A DNA stretch of 64,000 nucleotides, from contig NW_005434500.1 of the NCBI RefSeq assembly GCF_000315625.1, forward strand, positions 33,793 to 97,792, in the 5' to 3' direction. A program made the translations under genes and the position numbers. The notes beneath the pieces were generated by a model that worked only from the letters and a program-made list of their open reading frames with translations, was not told the DNA's origin and did not search any database. Source of the DNA: Guillardia theta CCMP2712 (Eukaryota > Protista > Cryptophyta). Shown here piece after piece: positions 50,301-61,297 of this stretch (position 1 is its first letter; each line of letters opens with the position of its first letter).

Positions 50301-52928
50301 GAACATATCAAGGCCTTGAGGAGCAAAGCACTTGCTTGCAGGTATCCTACTTCTCTTCCATGAACAGTCATTCCTGAGTTGTTTTCCTCACAATTTTGTT
50401 TTCCCTCAGACGCAATGGAGATTTTGCTCAGAGTATAGAATGTTACAACAAATTGTCAGAGTTGGTGGCCAGAGGGGAAGAGAGCGCCAAGAAAGAGAAA
50501 AACATATTTCAGTATGTCTTTGCACAAAATGATTGGTTTCAAGATAACGTTTTGATGTGCAAGGGTCAAATACTTTGCAGAAGATGATGAAGATGAGACA
50601 AATAGTCAGCTTCGTCAACGGGAAAGAAATGCAGCAAAAACGAGGTTAAGACCTTTTGGAGAATCGTATTTCTTTTGTTCTCCTGTCTCGTTCTGCAATT
50701 GAGTTTCAACCAGTTGACATTTTGATTGTTTTTTGCCCCACTCTATCTGTACTCACAGCTTCTTTCCAGGTGGTGCTTCGCAGTGTCTTGCGTCTGCGAG
50801 ATCGTTCAACTGAAGAAGATTTGTTCATCACCAGTGAAAAGGAGAGACTCAATTAACAAGGTTTGTTTTCCTCTTTGCTCTTCAGTCACTTTCTTTCAGT
50901 TCCCTTGATCTATCTGTTGAGTGACGGCGCCTCTTGCTTTTTTTCATGCACCCTTCACTTGGTTCGTTTGATCCTGAACGTGTTGGAATTCTCAGGTTCT
51001 TGAGGTCTTGTCTCGCTGCTCCTTCTTTCAACAATTTCCCACGTACGTCCTATACGAAATTTGCAAAGGTAACTTGCACAGCCTGTCGGGGTTTCTGCTC
51101 ATTTATTTCAGCCGTTCGATTTCGCTGGGCTCCACCTGGCACATGCATTTCACGCCAAGGACATCGAGGGAATCGAAGGCTTTTTTTCCTTCTGTGGGGT
51201 GAGGCCGAGAAACTTGTGGTGGGAGCCAACAGCCTGCAGGAGAAGTGCTGGTCTCACACGAGCCGCATCGGGAGGAGCAGAAGCAGGAAGATATTGAAGA
51301 GCTCATGGGAACTCAGTGCTCGAAGTGTCACGAGACAACATCGCTGACTCTGAAGAAGGGGAGGTATTAGATTGATGCATTTGCTCCATATCTTGAAACT
51401 CATTCCAGAAGCGACTTTGTCATGGATGGAGACATGCAGGTTACAATTCCGAGCAAGAGCAAAGCTTTCTTGATTGTATGATCAGGCTGTTCGAGCACAA
51501 GCCTCCTGCTGCACAATTACTGTCTCTTCCTCCAGCGCTGTGGCCCTGCTTGTTCTTCACAGTCAGGCATATCCACACTGCTTTGAGCGTACTCTTCTCA
51601 TATTTGAACGAGCTTGCAGGACCTGGAATTGTGTTTGCAGGCACAGAGATATCTCCGGCATTTTTGTGTCTGACATTTTTACTAGAAATGCGCGCATGCA
51701 CGTGTCAGGGAACAGGTTGAACTCATCCGCCCCATCCTCAAGCGCCTGCAACTTGAATTTCCATCGTGCGACTCCTCTACCTTCTTTCTGTAGGATCCTG
51801 AATCCTTTGAAAGCTCTGTGCTGGAAAAGCTTGGGCGTGTTTTACAAGCTCCAAGGAAGGCAGGACAAAATTGTGTTGGAAGAAGAGAACTAAGAACTTG
51901 CAGGTGAGCAAGGGCGACACGATCACATCACAGGGAAGAGTATGCATGGTGAGATCTAGTGTAGTCGCTTCATCCTATCGTGTAACTGTGTTTCGATAGG
52001 AAGTGTTTTTCGTGGCTTCCGGTCGATGGAGGTTACTGGCAATCGCTGTTTTGTTTTCCAATCGCCTCCCATGCAGGCTTATCAGGAAGCCAATGCCTGC
52101 TATCGTTACCGAGCACAAGACTATCATTACTCGAGCCGTCAACAAGTTGGATAAGGTAGTTTACTCTTGTCAATGGATTTGTCGACTTCGCTCACTCATC
52201 TCATTTTGATTTCGCTGCTTGTTGAGTTTTTGGTTCAATGTCTGACCATCAAGTAGATCCTGAACAGCATTGAAGAGGCTGAGAAAGATCCGCGAAGAAA
52301 AGAAGAAGAGATTGCGCGTTCATTGAAAATCTTGGATGCTCATCAGTTCCGAGCAAGGCTATTTGAAGAGCCCTATGCAAACGAGAACCTCAGGTTTCCT
52401 TTTTGTCCTTGTTTCCTAGAGTGAATACTTTTTCCTCGCTTCATCGATCATTCATGGTGCTTCACTCATCGGCTAAAAGGAGGCTCGGAATGCCAATCGT
52501 CGAGCAAGAAGCCCCTCACCTGCTTTCGCTTGAGGTTGATGAACGGATTGACTGTAATGAGTGACATCACACAGGCAACCACGGCAGAAGGATCAGCATT
52601 CACCATTCTTGCTCTGGTGAATTGTCGTTTCCTCACTTGCACTCCATCTGTCAACCTTCATACTTATCACGTTGCTCTTGACTCACAACCCTTGCAGACT
52701 GACATGGAGCTCTTTGCTGTCTCTGCGGCAGATTTCATGATTCAGGTGGGCACACAGTCGGTTCCTCGCTTTCAGGAAGCCTTTGTCAAGGTCTACACAC
52801 CACAAGCTCTGCTGTGCATGACTGCGGCGCAGGAAGCAGAGAGCATCTCTCGAGATCTCGACGAGAGATTGCGGTGGAGCCTCTACAGAGAGACAGTAGC
52901 ATGCCAGGTTTCTAGAGCTCCAGCGTGA
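47312..52928 (+). CDS. RRM + C2 + TPR multidomain protein (possibly two genes); multi-exon
   Basis: RRM-like IRSYFQSIAGEVQEV...GSIRF...HSIDGVVVSV; C2-like LYLNVKRLREL...VYVRVGVG...NPVFTFNESFHF; TPR LFNAGLNLFKGKRYTEAI...VLRLNPEHIKALRSKA. Confidence 0.6.
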
Positions 52929-52959
52929 GACGGGCGATGGCAGGAGGGCAGGGGAGATC

Positions 52960-55922
52960 ATGACAAGAGCCTTCAGCCGACTGACTCGTCAAAGAGGAAG
53001 GTGCTCAGTGTATCGCGGAGCTTCCAGCGCGTTATCCTTGTCCGTATGGGAGGCACACGGGTTTGCGCCATCGCAAGGACAAGACCACCTGCGACTTGAT
53101 GAGAGACGGACCTCCGGCCAAACAGTATCACAGAGTGCACTCGGGACAGATCATGTCAAACTCAGGAGCGAGCATGGCTGGATTGAAGCAGGAAGCTCGG
53201 CGAATGCGAAGCCAGGAATGACAGACGGGCTGGAGGAGTTAAGTCAGTCATGTCGATTGCGTGATCATGTCGCCTACTTGCTTCGAGATGGCGCGTACAC
53301 ACTTTCCATATTTTGAAGGATAGACGGGGCCCGATCGCCTGAAGTCGAACGAAGAGTTCGACTTGCCGTTAAGAGCGGCGCCCATCATGCCATAAGTAGA
53401 GGAAGGAGTGATCACCTAAATCACATGAACAAGAGGAGAGGTTATGGAAAACGCACGAGGTCATCGGAAGACGCGAGCATCCACATGTCCAGTACTGCTC
53501 GCAGCCCAGCAGCATCACTTGTCCGATAGTCTCCAACCCCTCCAGCAAGCATCTCATGCACTAAACGTCGATCTTGTACTCCCTAGAACTTTCTCATCAA
53601 AGCTCCTCTTACCCTCCATTTCTCCTTCACGAACCTGTCCGACAGAGTCTGAATAAAAGGCTTCTCCCTTATCCAGGATGTTTCTCCATCCAAGTCGCTC
53701 ACTGACCAGCTCTCCAACCTCCTCGGGCGTGTCTGTGCTCACATAGAACATCTTGGGTCCACGCGCGTGCCTGCAAGTCGTAAGGCGAGGCAGCGAGGGG
53801 ACAGGACGTTGGACAAGAGGATGTTTGACCTTGCAATGGATGCCGCACACTCTAGAAGAAGAGCTTCTGAGGTGTCAGAGTAGTGAGAAAATGTCTTCTC
53901 CCTGTAAAGAATAGCCATCACAATTCAGAATGGCATCAAAGGGCTGCTTCACCTTCGTAAACCTTCCTCGCTTTGAACTGAAATTTTGTATGCACAGCGA
54001 TCAGAAGCGGTGCCGTATCGCCTACGCAGTTGCAGGCCTATGAGGAACGAGCCTACACGGAGTCACCTTGTGAATGCACCCTGGGGGGAGGGGGGGGGGG
54101 GGGGGGGGCCCCCAAAAAAGAAGCAGAAGCAAGTATTTGATCAAGACGAGCCCTAACGTGCGGGGCTGGCACCATCAAGAATCTCAGAATTGATCCAATA
54201 GCGTCCTGGGAATCCGATAAGGGTTTTGAATTCCAGCAAGCACCAGACCTGTCCAAAAGTAGCCACCAAGAAACTACGATGATAAGGGTTAGAATAAAGA
54301 AAAGGGACCAGATTCTGATTGCTCTGAAAAGAGATTAGTAACAGAAAGGATTCTCGGATTGTCACCTGCATCGTGATGACGCTTGCATCAAGCAGCCAAT
54401 TGGACAGGTCAGAGCAAGTCAGCAGCTCAACCCATGCCATCGGAACAGCAGCTTTTGTTTTCAGCGATGAGAACGAAAGGCTGCTTGAGCAAGAGATATC
54501 GTGCGTCAAACACTGAAGTATCCCTTCGGTGTTCTCGTGTACAGAATCAGCGATTATATGTGATATATTTGTCATTGTGTTGTAGTTCCAGCGACAACTG
54601 TCAAGAATTCTTGAGAAAACAAACAGACAGACGGATCGATTACCTTTCAATCTGTGCTGATTCTTTGAAATGCATTGAAAGATCTCCCATCTCAATCAGT
54701 AGCACCCTGTGAGTCAGTAATGCAATTAAGGCTCCACTCGCCACAAACTGCATTACAAATCACTTTCAATCTGAGCTGCATCAGTCTACCTGCAGTCTGT
54801 TTCCAAGAGGGATTGATCCGACTTCTAGCACGAGAAATCGATTTCTCGAGACAGTTGCGGGTTGCGAGCTCAACATTTCCTCGTACAAGTTACAGAAGCT
54901 GTTCAGAACCGATTGCATATCGATCTTGCAGTTAGGGAAGCATCTATCAGATAAAAGAGACTGCGATCTTGAGAATTGTTACCTCATCTGCATAATTCTC
55001 GGTGCGTGAAAATTCTTTCACACCCTCTGGTATGTTTTCCGCAATAAATTGCTTGCCCTGCGGCAAAGCTGTACAGCAACCATCGTGATCCTCAGCGAAA
55101 GTGAATCCTAAAGACCATGTAAATGCACCCACTAGGAAATAATCTATAACCTTGGTTTGATTGCAATGGATCAGTGGTGAGCATTTGAAAATATCTGCGA
55201 TCTTTGGAAATAATCTCACCCGCATTGTCAACAAGATGTACATCCATCGTGTGCAGGCCGTCATTCAACCCAGAAATGTTCCTATGCCATTCCCAGAGAT
55301 CTCTGTCTACTACGATGGACTGATCTCCATGCAGTGCTATTCCATCAAACCATACCATGAAAAGCATGATATTTTTTGCCTTGTTCCTAGCACGAACTTG
55401 TATGGCCATGGACTCGGATTGTGCATCCCTTTGAATGATTTGTGCACGTGGATGAATAATTTCAACTTCTGGCTCCATGTATTCGCCCACAAAGACTGTG
55501 ACACGTGCTCTTGGCCCAATAGCCACACCATGTTGTTCTACATCGACCAAGGAAACAGTGAGAGAGTGGGGTCCAGGATGCAACGATGGAAGTAGCCCGT
55601 CCAGTTCGAGGCCTTCATGAATCAAACTGTCTTCGTCATCGAGGGACAAAGACAACGCCCATGAACCGGGATTGAATGATTGTGAAGAACAATTCGCATG
55701 TATGACAGAAGCACGCAGTCGTACCGCGTTGCTCAATTTGAATCGTTGAAGTTGCCTTGGCTCTAGGATGACAACCTCAGGAAAACATGACGATAAATTT
55801 GATGATGCTTGTGGTGGGGGAGGAGGATGATGAGGAGGAGGAGTTGGTGGTGGTGATGATGATAAACAAGTCCCACTGAGCAAATGGATAAGCAGAAACA
55901 CGATATGTGATGAACGTTGCAT
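52960..55922 (-). CDS. O-fucosyltransferase-like (GT-B; GT65/GT68/GT23-type) protein with N-terminal Ig-like repeats; multi-exon
   Basis: Signal peptide from ATG 55922 and two PEVxI..P...HxLxVxLVD Ig-like repeats. It has RFLVLEVGSIPLGNRLQ, GIH, FYVSTD and LGSTRSTFS, which are fucosyltransferase motifs. 3' limit approximate. Confidence 0.7.
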
Positions 55923-55965
55923 TGCTAATGTAGCATTGCCGACAAACAACTCATCATTTCAGGGA

Positions 55966-56050
55966 GGGTTTAGGTTGTTGGGTTTAGGTTGTGGGGTAGG
56001 TTGTGGGGATTATTTTGTGGGGTTTAGGGTATTACGGTGTAGGGTTTAGG
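55966..56050 (+). repeat. degenerate TTTAGGG telomeric-like repeats
   Basis: GGGTTTAGG occurs several times, interleaved with variants (TTGTGGGG, GTAGG). Confidence 0.85.
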
Positions 56051-56259
56051 CCCGGTTGACATCGTCACTGAAAATATCTAATACGGAAGCACCCAGGCCC
56101 AAGGGGCCTATAGGACAATGGGCCAACCTCCCAAGGTTGGGAACCCCTTTAGACAGATCATTAGGCGAAAGATGAGCAAAGAGCAATAGTTCTTAGCTAT
56201 GAAATTCTCGACTAAGAGTCTAATAAACTCAAATAATAATAATAATAATAGGCCCGGTT
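56047..56259 (+). mobile_element. 5'-truncated non-LTR retroelement 3' end with (TAA)5 tail and 11-bp TSD
   Basis: TAGGCCCGGTT occurs at 56047-56057 and 56249-56259. It ends CTAATAAACTCAAA(TAA)5, like the array element's terminus. Confidence 0.8.
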
Positions 56260-56302
56260 AGTATTTTTAGGCCGTGTACTCTAGGGTTTACTAAGTTTAG
56301 GG

Positions 56303-57351
56303 GCGCAGCGACAGGAGGAGAGCGAGGGAGAGTGGCTGGAGTTTACAGACCTGGAGAGGATCACAATGGAGGCAGCATCTCCGTCAAGCCAAGAGGACAT
56401 GCAGCTCGTCAGCGAGCTGTCAGCAGTCATCGAAGATGCAGCTTCTTTGAACGAGGCAGGGACGAGCGAGCCGATCAAGCTGGTCCTGGACAAGGCCGTT
56501 GGCAACCTCCACGACACGTTCTACTCTCCGGGGAGCCTGGAGTTCATGTCGCTGGGAGAGTGGGCGAAGATGCCAGAGGAGCAGGGAGTTGGGCGCAACG
56601 TTCTCAAGGAGAAGCTGGGGAAGTGGCTGCAGAGCAAGCGCTGGACTCGCGTGCAAGGAGAGAGCAAGAAGGCAAGGAGGGGCAGCGCGTTCTCGCCACG
56701 GGCAACGGCAGCTGCTGAGCTTGAGCAGGAGGCGGAGAGCGACGACATAGAGCGTCGATCTCTTAGCTTCCTGTTCATAGCACTGAGTAAATTCGCAGAG
56801 ATGCATGTGCTGGCCTGCTCGCTGAAGGTGGACAAGAAGGACCGACTGCGGGTGGAGATGAGGGAAGATGACGAAGAAGAGGAAGACATGGAGGAAGAGC
56901 AAGGCGAGGGCGAGGAAGAAGACGGGGCGAGCCCGTACCGAGCTTGAGCTGAGCTCAAGGTAAGGAGAGAAGGTGGAGGCGACCGAAGGCCAAGGTGAGG
57001 AGAGGCAACTCTCCTGACTGAGGCTGAGGAAGCTGAATGGAGGAGGACTCCGTAGGTGGCGACCGAAGGCCAAGGTGAGGAGAGGCAACTCTTCTGACTG
57101 AGGCTGAGGAAGCTGAATGGAGGTAGAGTAGGTGGCGACCGAAGGCCAAGGTGAGGAGAGGCAACTCTCCTGACTGAGGCTGAGGAAGCCAAGAGAAGAC
57201 AGCAGAAGTAGAGAGTAGAAAGACGCCTCAGAAGCAGGGTTTGCATTGTAGGCCGTGTACTCCCAGTGCTCGAGCGCCTCTTTAGACTAGGATCAAATTG
57301 CATAAGCCCACAACGAGGCCGAGCAACATTCTAGCATTCTAATAAACTCAC

Positions 57352-57382
<31 letters not shown>
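56303..57382 (+). mobile_element. telomeric retroelement copy 1 (5'-truncated; ORF C-terminus, ~3x 76-bp repeat, (TAA)10 tail)
   Basis: Near-identical to 59085-60263. It is preceded by degenerate TTTAGGG and followed by pure telomeric repeats. Confidence 0.88.
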
Positions 57383-57384
<2 letters not shown>

Positions 57385-57441
57385 GGGTTTAGGGTTTAGG
57401 GTTTAGGGTTTAGGGTTTAGGGTTTAGGGTTTAGGGTTTAG
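57383..57441 (+). repeat. interstitial (TTTAGGG)~8 telomeric tract
   Basis: Perfect TAGGGTT repeats. Confidence 0.98.
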
Positions 57442-60263
57442 AGGCGCCGTTATTTTCGGCAGGCGCCGTTATTTTCGGCAGCATGGCTCCTCGTCAGTGT
57501 AGGGGAAGCCGCCAGGGCGCCATGGAAGCTGCAAGCAAGAGGTTTGTATACGTCAAATAGCTTTGTAAGTATGGTTCTTCAGTATGATGAAAATGTTCGC
57601 AACCTGCTGTATCGGAGATCATGCCAATACACGCAGAGTGGACTTGTGGATGCCTCTGTCCTCGAAGCTGATCTCGTCGAGAGAGTGAAGAGCTTCGCGA
57701 AGCGTTATCCGAACAGCAGGACAGCCCAGGCTTGCAAGGCTGTGGAGGGATGCACCCCCGACGCTATCGCAGAAGCCATCCGCTCGACATGTCAGCAGGC
57801 ACGACGTGAGCTTCCGACTCTTCAAGAAGCGATGACTGGATGGAGTGACGCATCCAGAGAGTGGTTTATGCAGCAGATTGAAGAAGCCAAGAAGGAGAAG
57901 GTCGAGACATACACCGCCTCAGCAGGCAACGAGGTGACTCCCTTCATCTCCATGACTCTCCTGGGCATCTCCTCGGTGTATGTCAACCATGAAGAGAAGC
58001 TGAAGAAGAAATTCGAAGAGATCGGACTGATCGTAGACTCAGTGCAAGAGAGTAAAGCAATCATGTGGAAGGCTCCGTATAGACCCGAGATAGCGAGTGC
58101 TGAGGAGATCCCGGTGACTGTTTCCTTCCTCCGCAATGCACAGTGACAAGCGGAGAAGCTCTGGCAGGGAAGAGAGGACTTCGCGATCGATGGTCGCAAG
58201 TTCACAGCTGTACATGTGAGCATCGTGCACGATCGATCTTTCAAGATTCGAGCCAAGAGAGTACCCTGGGGCAAAGGGGGCAGCTTGGCAGAGCTGACTC
58301 ACCTGCTAACCTTGGGCGGCATGACAACAGCAGAAATAGCTGCCGTCTATCGCTATCAGCTGCTGCGCCAGTCCCTTGCAGCGGTCCAACTCCAGCCGCT
58401 GGCAGGCATGCTGGTCGCTGGGGCGCCAGGACAGCAAGTCCACAAAGGCTTAGGTCAGAAAGGCTTCGTCGCTGTAGGGGCCAACGTCATCTGGAGACAG
58501 AGGGAGGTGGAGTGGATCGTCTCCTCGAGCTGCCCAGAGGCGAACGATACAGCATTTCGAGCTTTCCGAGAGAGCGAAGCGATGGAGGGACTCGAGTACA
58601 CCTGACTCTGTTCAGCGAGGACCCGAAGATCAGAGAGGCGCTCGCAGTCGAGTTGACAGCCGATCGCTTTGTGTCCAGAAATAAGTTGAAGAAGGCATCA
58701 AGGATGCAGAAGAAGGCAGGCGGCAAGGACGGCAAGAAGATCAAGATCATCATCAAGTCGACGGCGGCATCTGGTCGCTTCACGAGGAAGGAGATGGAGG
58801 GGCTGTGCAACGGCGGCAACACGTCCATCGCAAGAGTCAAGAGAGTCCTGTTGGAGATCGCTAACAGGCTCGAGATCAACGTTGAAGGCATCGACATGGA
58901 GGAGGATTTGAACACCAAGTCCTGGAACGGGTCCAAGCTATGCATCCTCCTCGGCTCCACGGAGGATGCTCGACTCATGATGAAGGAGCTGCCCTTCTAT
59001 CTCGAAGGCGCAGCAACCAAGCTCGAAGCAGTCGGCTTCGACAAGGAGCCTGAGGCGGCTGGTCAGCGGGGCACCAGCGACGCAGCGCAGCGACAGGAGG
59101 AGAGCGAGGGAGAGTGGCTGGAGTTTACAGACCTGGAGAGGATCACAATGGAGGCAGCATCTCCGTCAAGCCAAGAGGACATGCAGCTCGTCAGCGAGCT
59201 GTCAGCAGTCATCGAAGATGCAGCTTCTCCTGGACAAGGCCGTTGGCAACCTCCACGACACGTTCTACTCTCCGGGGAGCCTGGAGTTCATGTCGCTGGG
59301 AGAGTGGGCGAAGACGCCAGAGGAGCAGGGAGTCGGGCGCAACGTTCTCAAGGAGAAGCTGGGGAAGTGGCTGCAGAGCAAGCGCTGGACTCGCGTGCAA
59401 GGAGAGAGCAAGAAGGCAAGGAGGGGCAGCGCGTTCTCGCCACGGGCAACGGCAGCTGCTGAGCTTGAGCAGGAGGCGGAGAGCGACGACATAGAGCGTC
59501 GATCTCTTAGCTTCCTGTTCATAGCACTGAGTAAATTCGCAGAGATGCATGTGCTGGCCTGCTCGCTGAAGGTGGACAAGAAGGACCGACTGCGGGTGGA
59601 GATGAGGGAAGATGACGAAGAAGAGGAAGACATGGAGGAAGAGCAAGGCGAGGGCGAGGAAGAAGACGGGGCGAGCCCGTACCGAGCTTGAGCTGAGCTC
59701 AAGGTAAGGAGAGAAGGTAGGAGGCGACCGAAGGCCAAGGTGAGGAGAGGCAACTCTCCTGACTGAGGCTGAGGAAGCTGAATGGAGGAGGAGTAGGTGG
59801 CGACCGAAGGCCAAGGTGAGGAGAGGCAACTCTTCTGACTGAGGCTGAGGAAGCTGAATGGAGGTAGAGTAGGTGGCGACCGAAGGCCAAGGTGAGGAGA
59901 GGCAACTCTTCTGACTGAGGCTGAGGAAGCTGAATGGAGGAGGAGTAGGTGGCGACCGAAGGCCAAGGTGAGGAGAGGCAACTCTTCTGACTGAGGCTGA
60001 GGAAGCTGAATGGAGGTAGAGTAGGTGGCGACCGAAGGCCAAGGTGAGGAGAGGCAACTCTCCTGACTGAGGCTGAGGAAGCCAAGAGAAGACAGAAGAA
60101 GTAGAGAGTAGAAAGACGCCTCAGAAGCAGGGTTCGCATTGTAGGCCGTGTACTCCCAGTGCTCGAGCGCCTCTTTAGACTAGGATCAAATTGCATAAGC
60201 CCACAACGAGGCCGAGCAACATTCTAGCATTCTAATAAACTCACATAATAATAATAATAATAA
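57442..60263 (+). mobile_element. telomeric retroelement copy 2 (apparently full length, ~2.8 kb; disrupted RRM-like ORF1/Gag; no RT)
   Basis: Bounded by telomeric tracts on both sides. The ORF (~57484-59691) is broken by a CAGTGA insertion (~58141), a frameshift (~58600) and a 38-bp deletion (59228) relative to the other copies. It ends in a (TAA)6 tail. Confidence 0.88.
59723..60082 (+). repeat. 76-bp tandem repeat (~4.7 copies) in the element's 3' region
   Basis: Unit starts at 59723, 59799, 59875, 59951 and 60027. Copy 1 has only three starts. Confidence 0.95.
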
Positions 60264-60282
60264 TAGGGTTTAGGGTTTAGGG
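60264..60282 (+). repeat. short telomeric tract (TAGGGTT)x2.7
   Basis: Lies between the copy 2 tail and the copy 3 head. Confidence 0.95.
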
Positions 60283-61297
60283 CCGTTATTTTCGGCAGCA
60301 TGGCTCCTCGTCAGGTGTAGGGGAAGCCGCCAGGGCGCCAAGGAAGCTGCAAGCGAGAGGTTTGTATACTTCAAATAGCTTTCTAAGTATGGTTCTTCAG
60401 TATGATGAAAATGTTCGCAACCTGCTGTATCGGAGATCATGCCAATACACGCAGAGTGGACTTGTGGATGCCTCTGTCCTCGAAGCTGATCTCGTCGAGA
60501 GGGTGAAGAGCTTCGCGAAGCGTTATCCGAACAGCAGGACAGCCCAGGCTTGCAAGGCTGTGGAGGGATGCACCCCCGACGCTATCGCAGAAGCCATCCG
60601 CTCGACATGTCAGCAGGCACGACGTGAGCTTCTACAAGAAGCGATGACTGGATGGAGTGACGCATCCAGAGAGTGGTTTATGCAGCAGATTGAAGAAGCC
60701 AAGAAAGAGAAGGTCGAGACATACACCGCCTCAGCAGGCAACGAGGTGACTTCCTTCATCTCCATGACTCTCCTGGGCATCTCCTCGGTGTATGTCAACC
60801 ATGAAGAGAAGCTGAAGAAGAAATTTGAAGAGATCGGACTGATCGTAGACTCAGTGCAAGAGAGTAAAGCAATCATGTGGAAAGCTCCGTATAGACCCGA
60901 GATAGCGAGTGCTGAGGAGATCCCGGTGACTGTTTCCTTCCTCCGCAATGCACAAGCGGAGAAGCTCTGGCAGGGAAGAGAGGACTTCGCGATCGATGGT
61001 CGCAAGTTCACAGCTGTACATGTGAGCATCGTGCACGATCGATCTTTCAAGATTCGAGCCAAGAGAGTACCCTGGGGCAAAGGGGGCAGCTTGGCAGAGC
61101 TGACTCACCTGCTAACCTTGGGCGGCATGACAACGGCTGAGATAGCTGCCGTCTATCGCTATCAGCTGCTGCGCCAGTCCCTTGCAGCGGTCCAACTCCA
61201 GCCGCTGGCAGGCATGCTGGTCGCTGGGGCGCCAGGCCAGCAAGTCCACAAAGGCTTAGGTCAGAAAGGCTTCATCGCTGTAGGGGCCAACGTCATC
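60281..61297 (+). mobile_element. telomeric retroelement copy 3 (5' 1 kb, ORF open from 60362), interrupted
   Basis: Near-identical to 57465-58491. Identity ends abruptly after GCCAACGTCATC. Confidence 0.88.

Noticed and set aside
59723-60082. Hammerhead ribozymes / Penelope-like pLTR in the 76-bp repeat
   Set aside because: CTGACTGAG does not fit CUGANGA and there is no GAAA core with stem III.
56420-60196. Minus-strand ORFs with LPLLTLAFGRH repeats
   Set aside because: These are antisense reading of the 76-bp repeat and of the element ORF.
57442-60263. Athena/Coprina/Terminon-type Penelope element
   Set aside because: No PLE RT or hammerhead is seen. The ORF strand carries G-rich rather than C-rich telomeric repeats, and (TAA)n tails plus the nearby TSD fit LINE-type TPRT better. 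Not fully excluded if the 5' intron is real.
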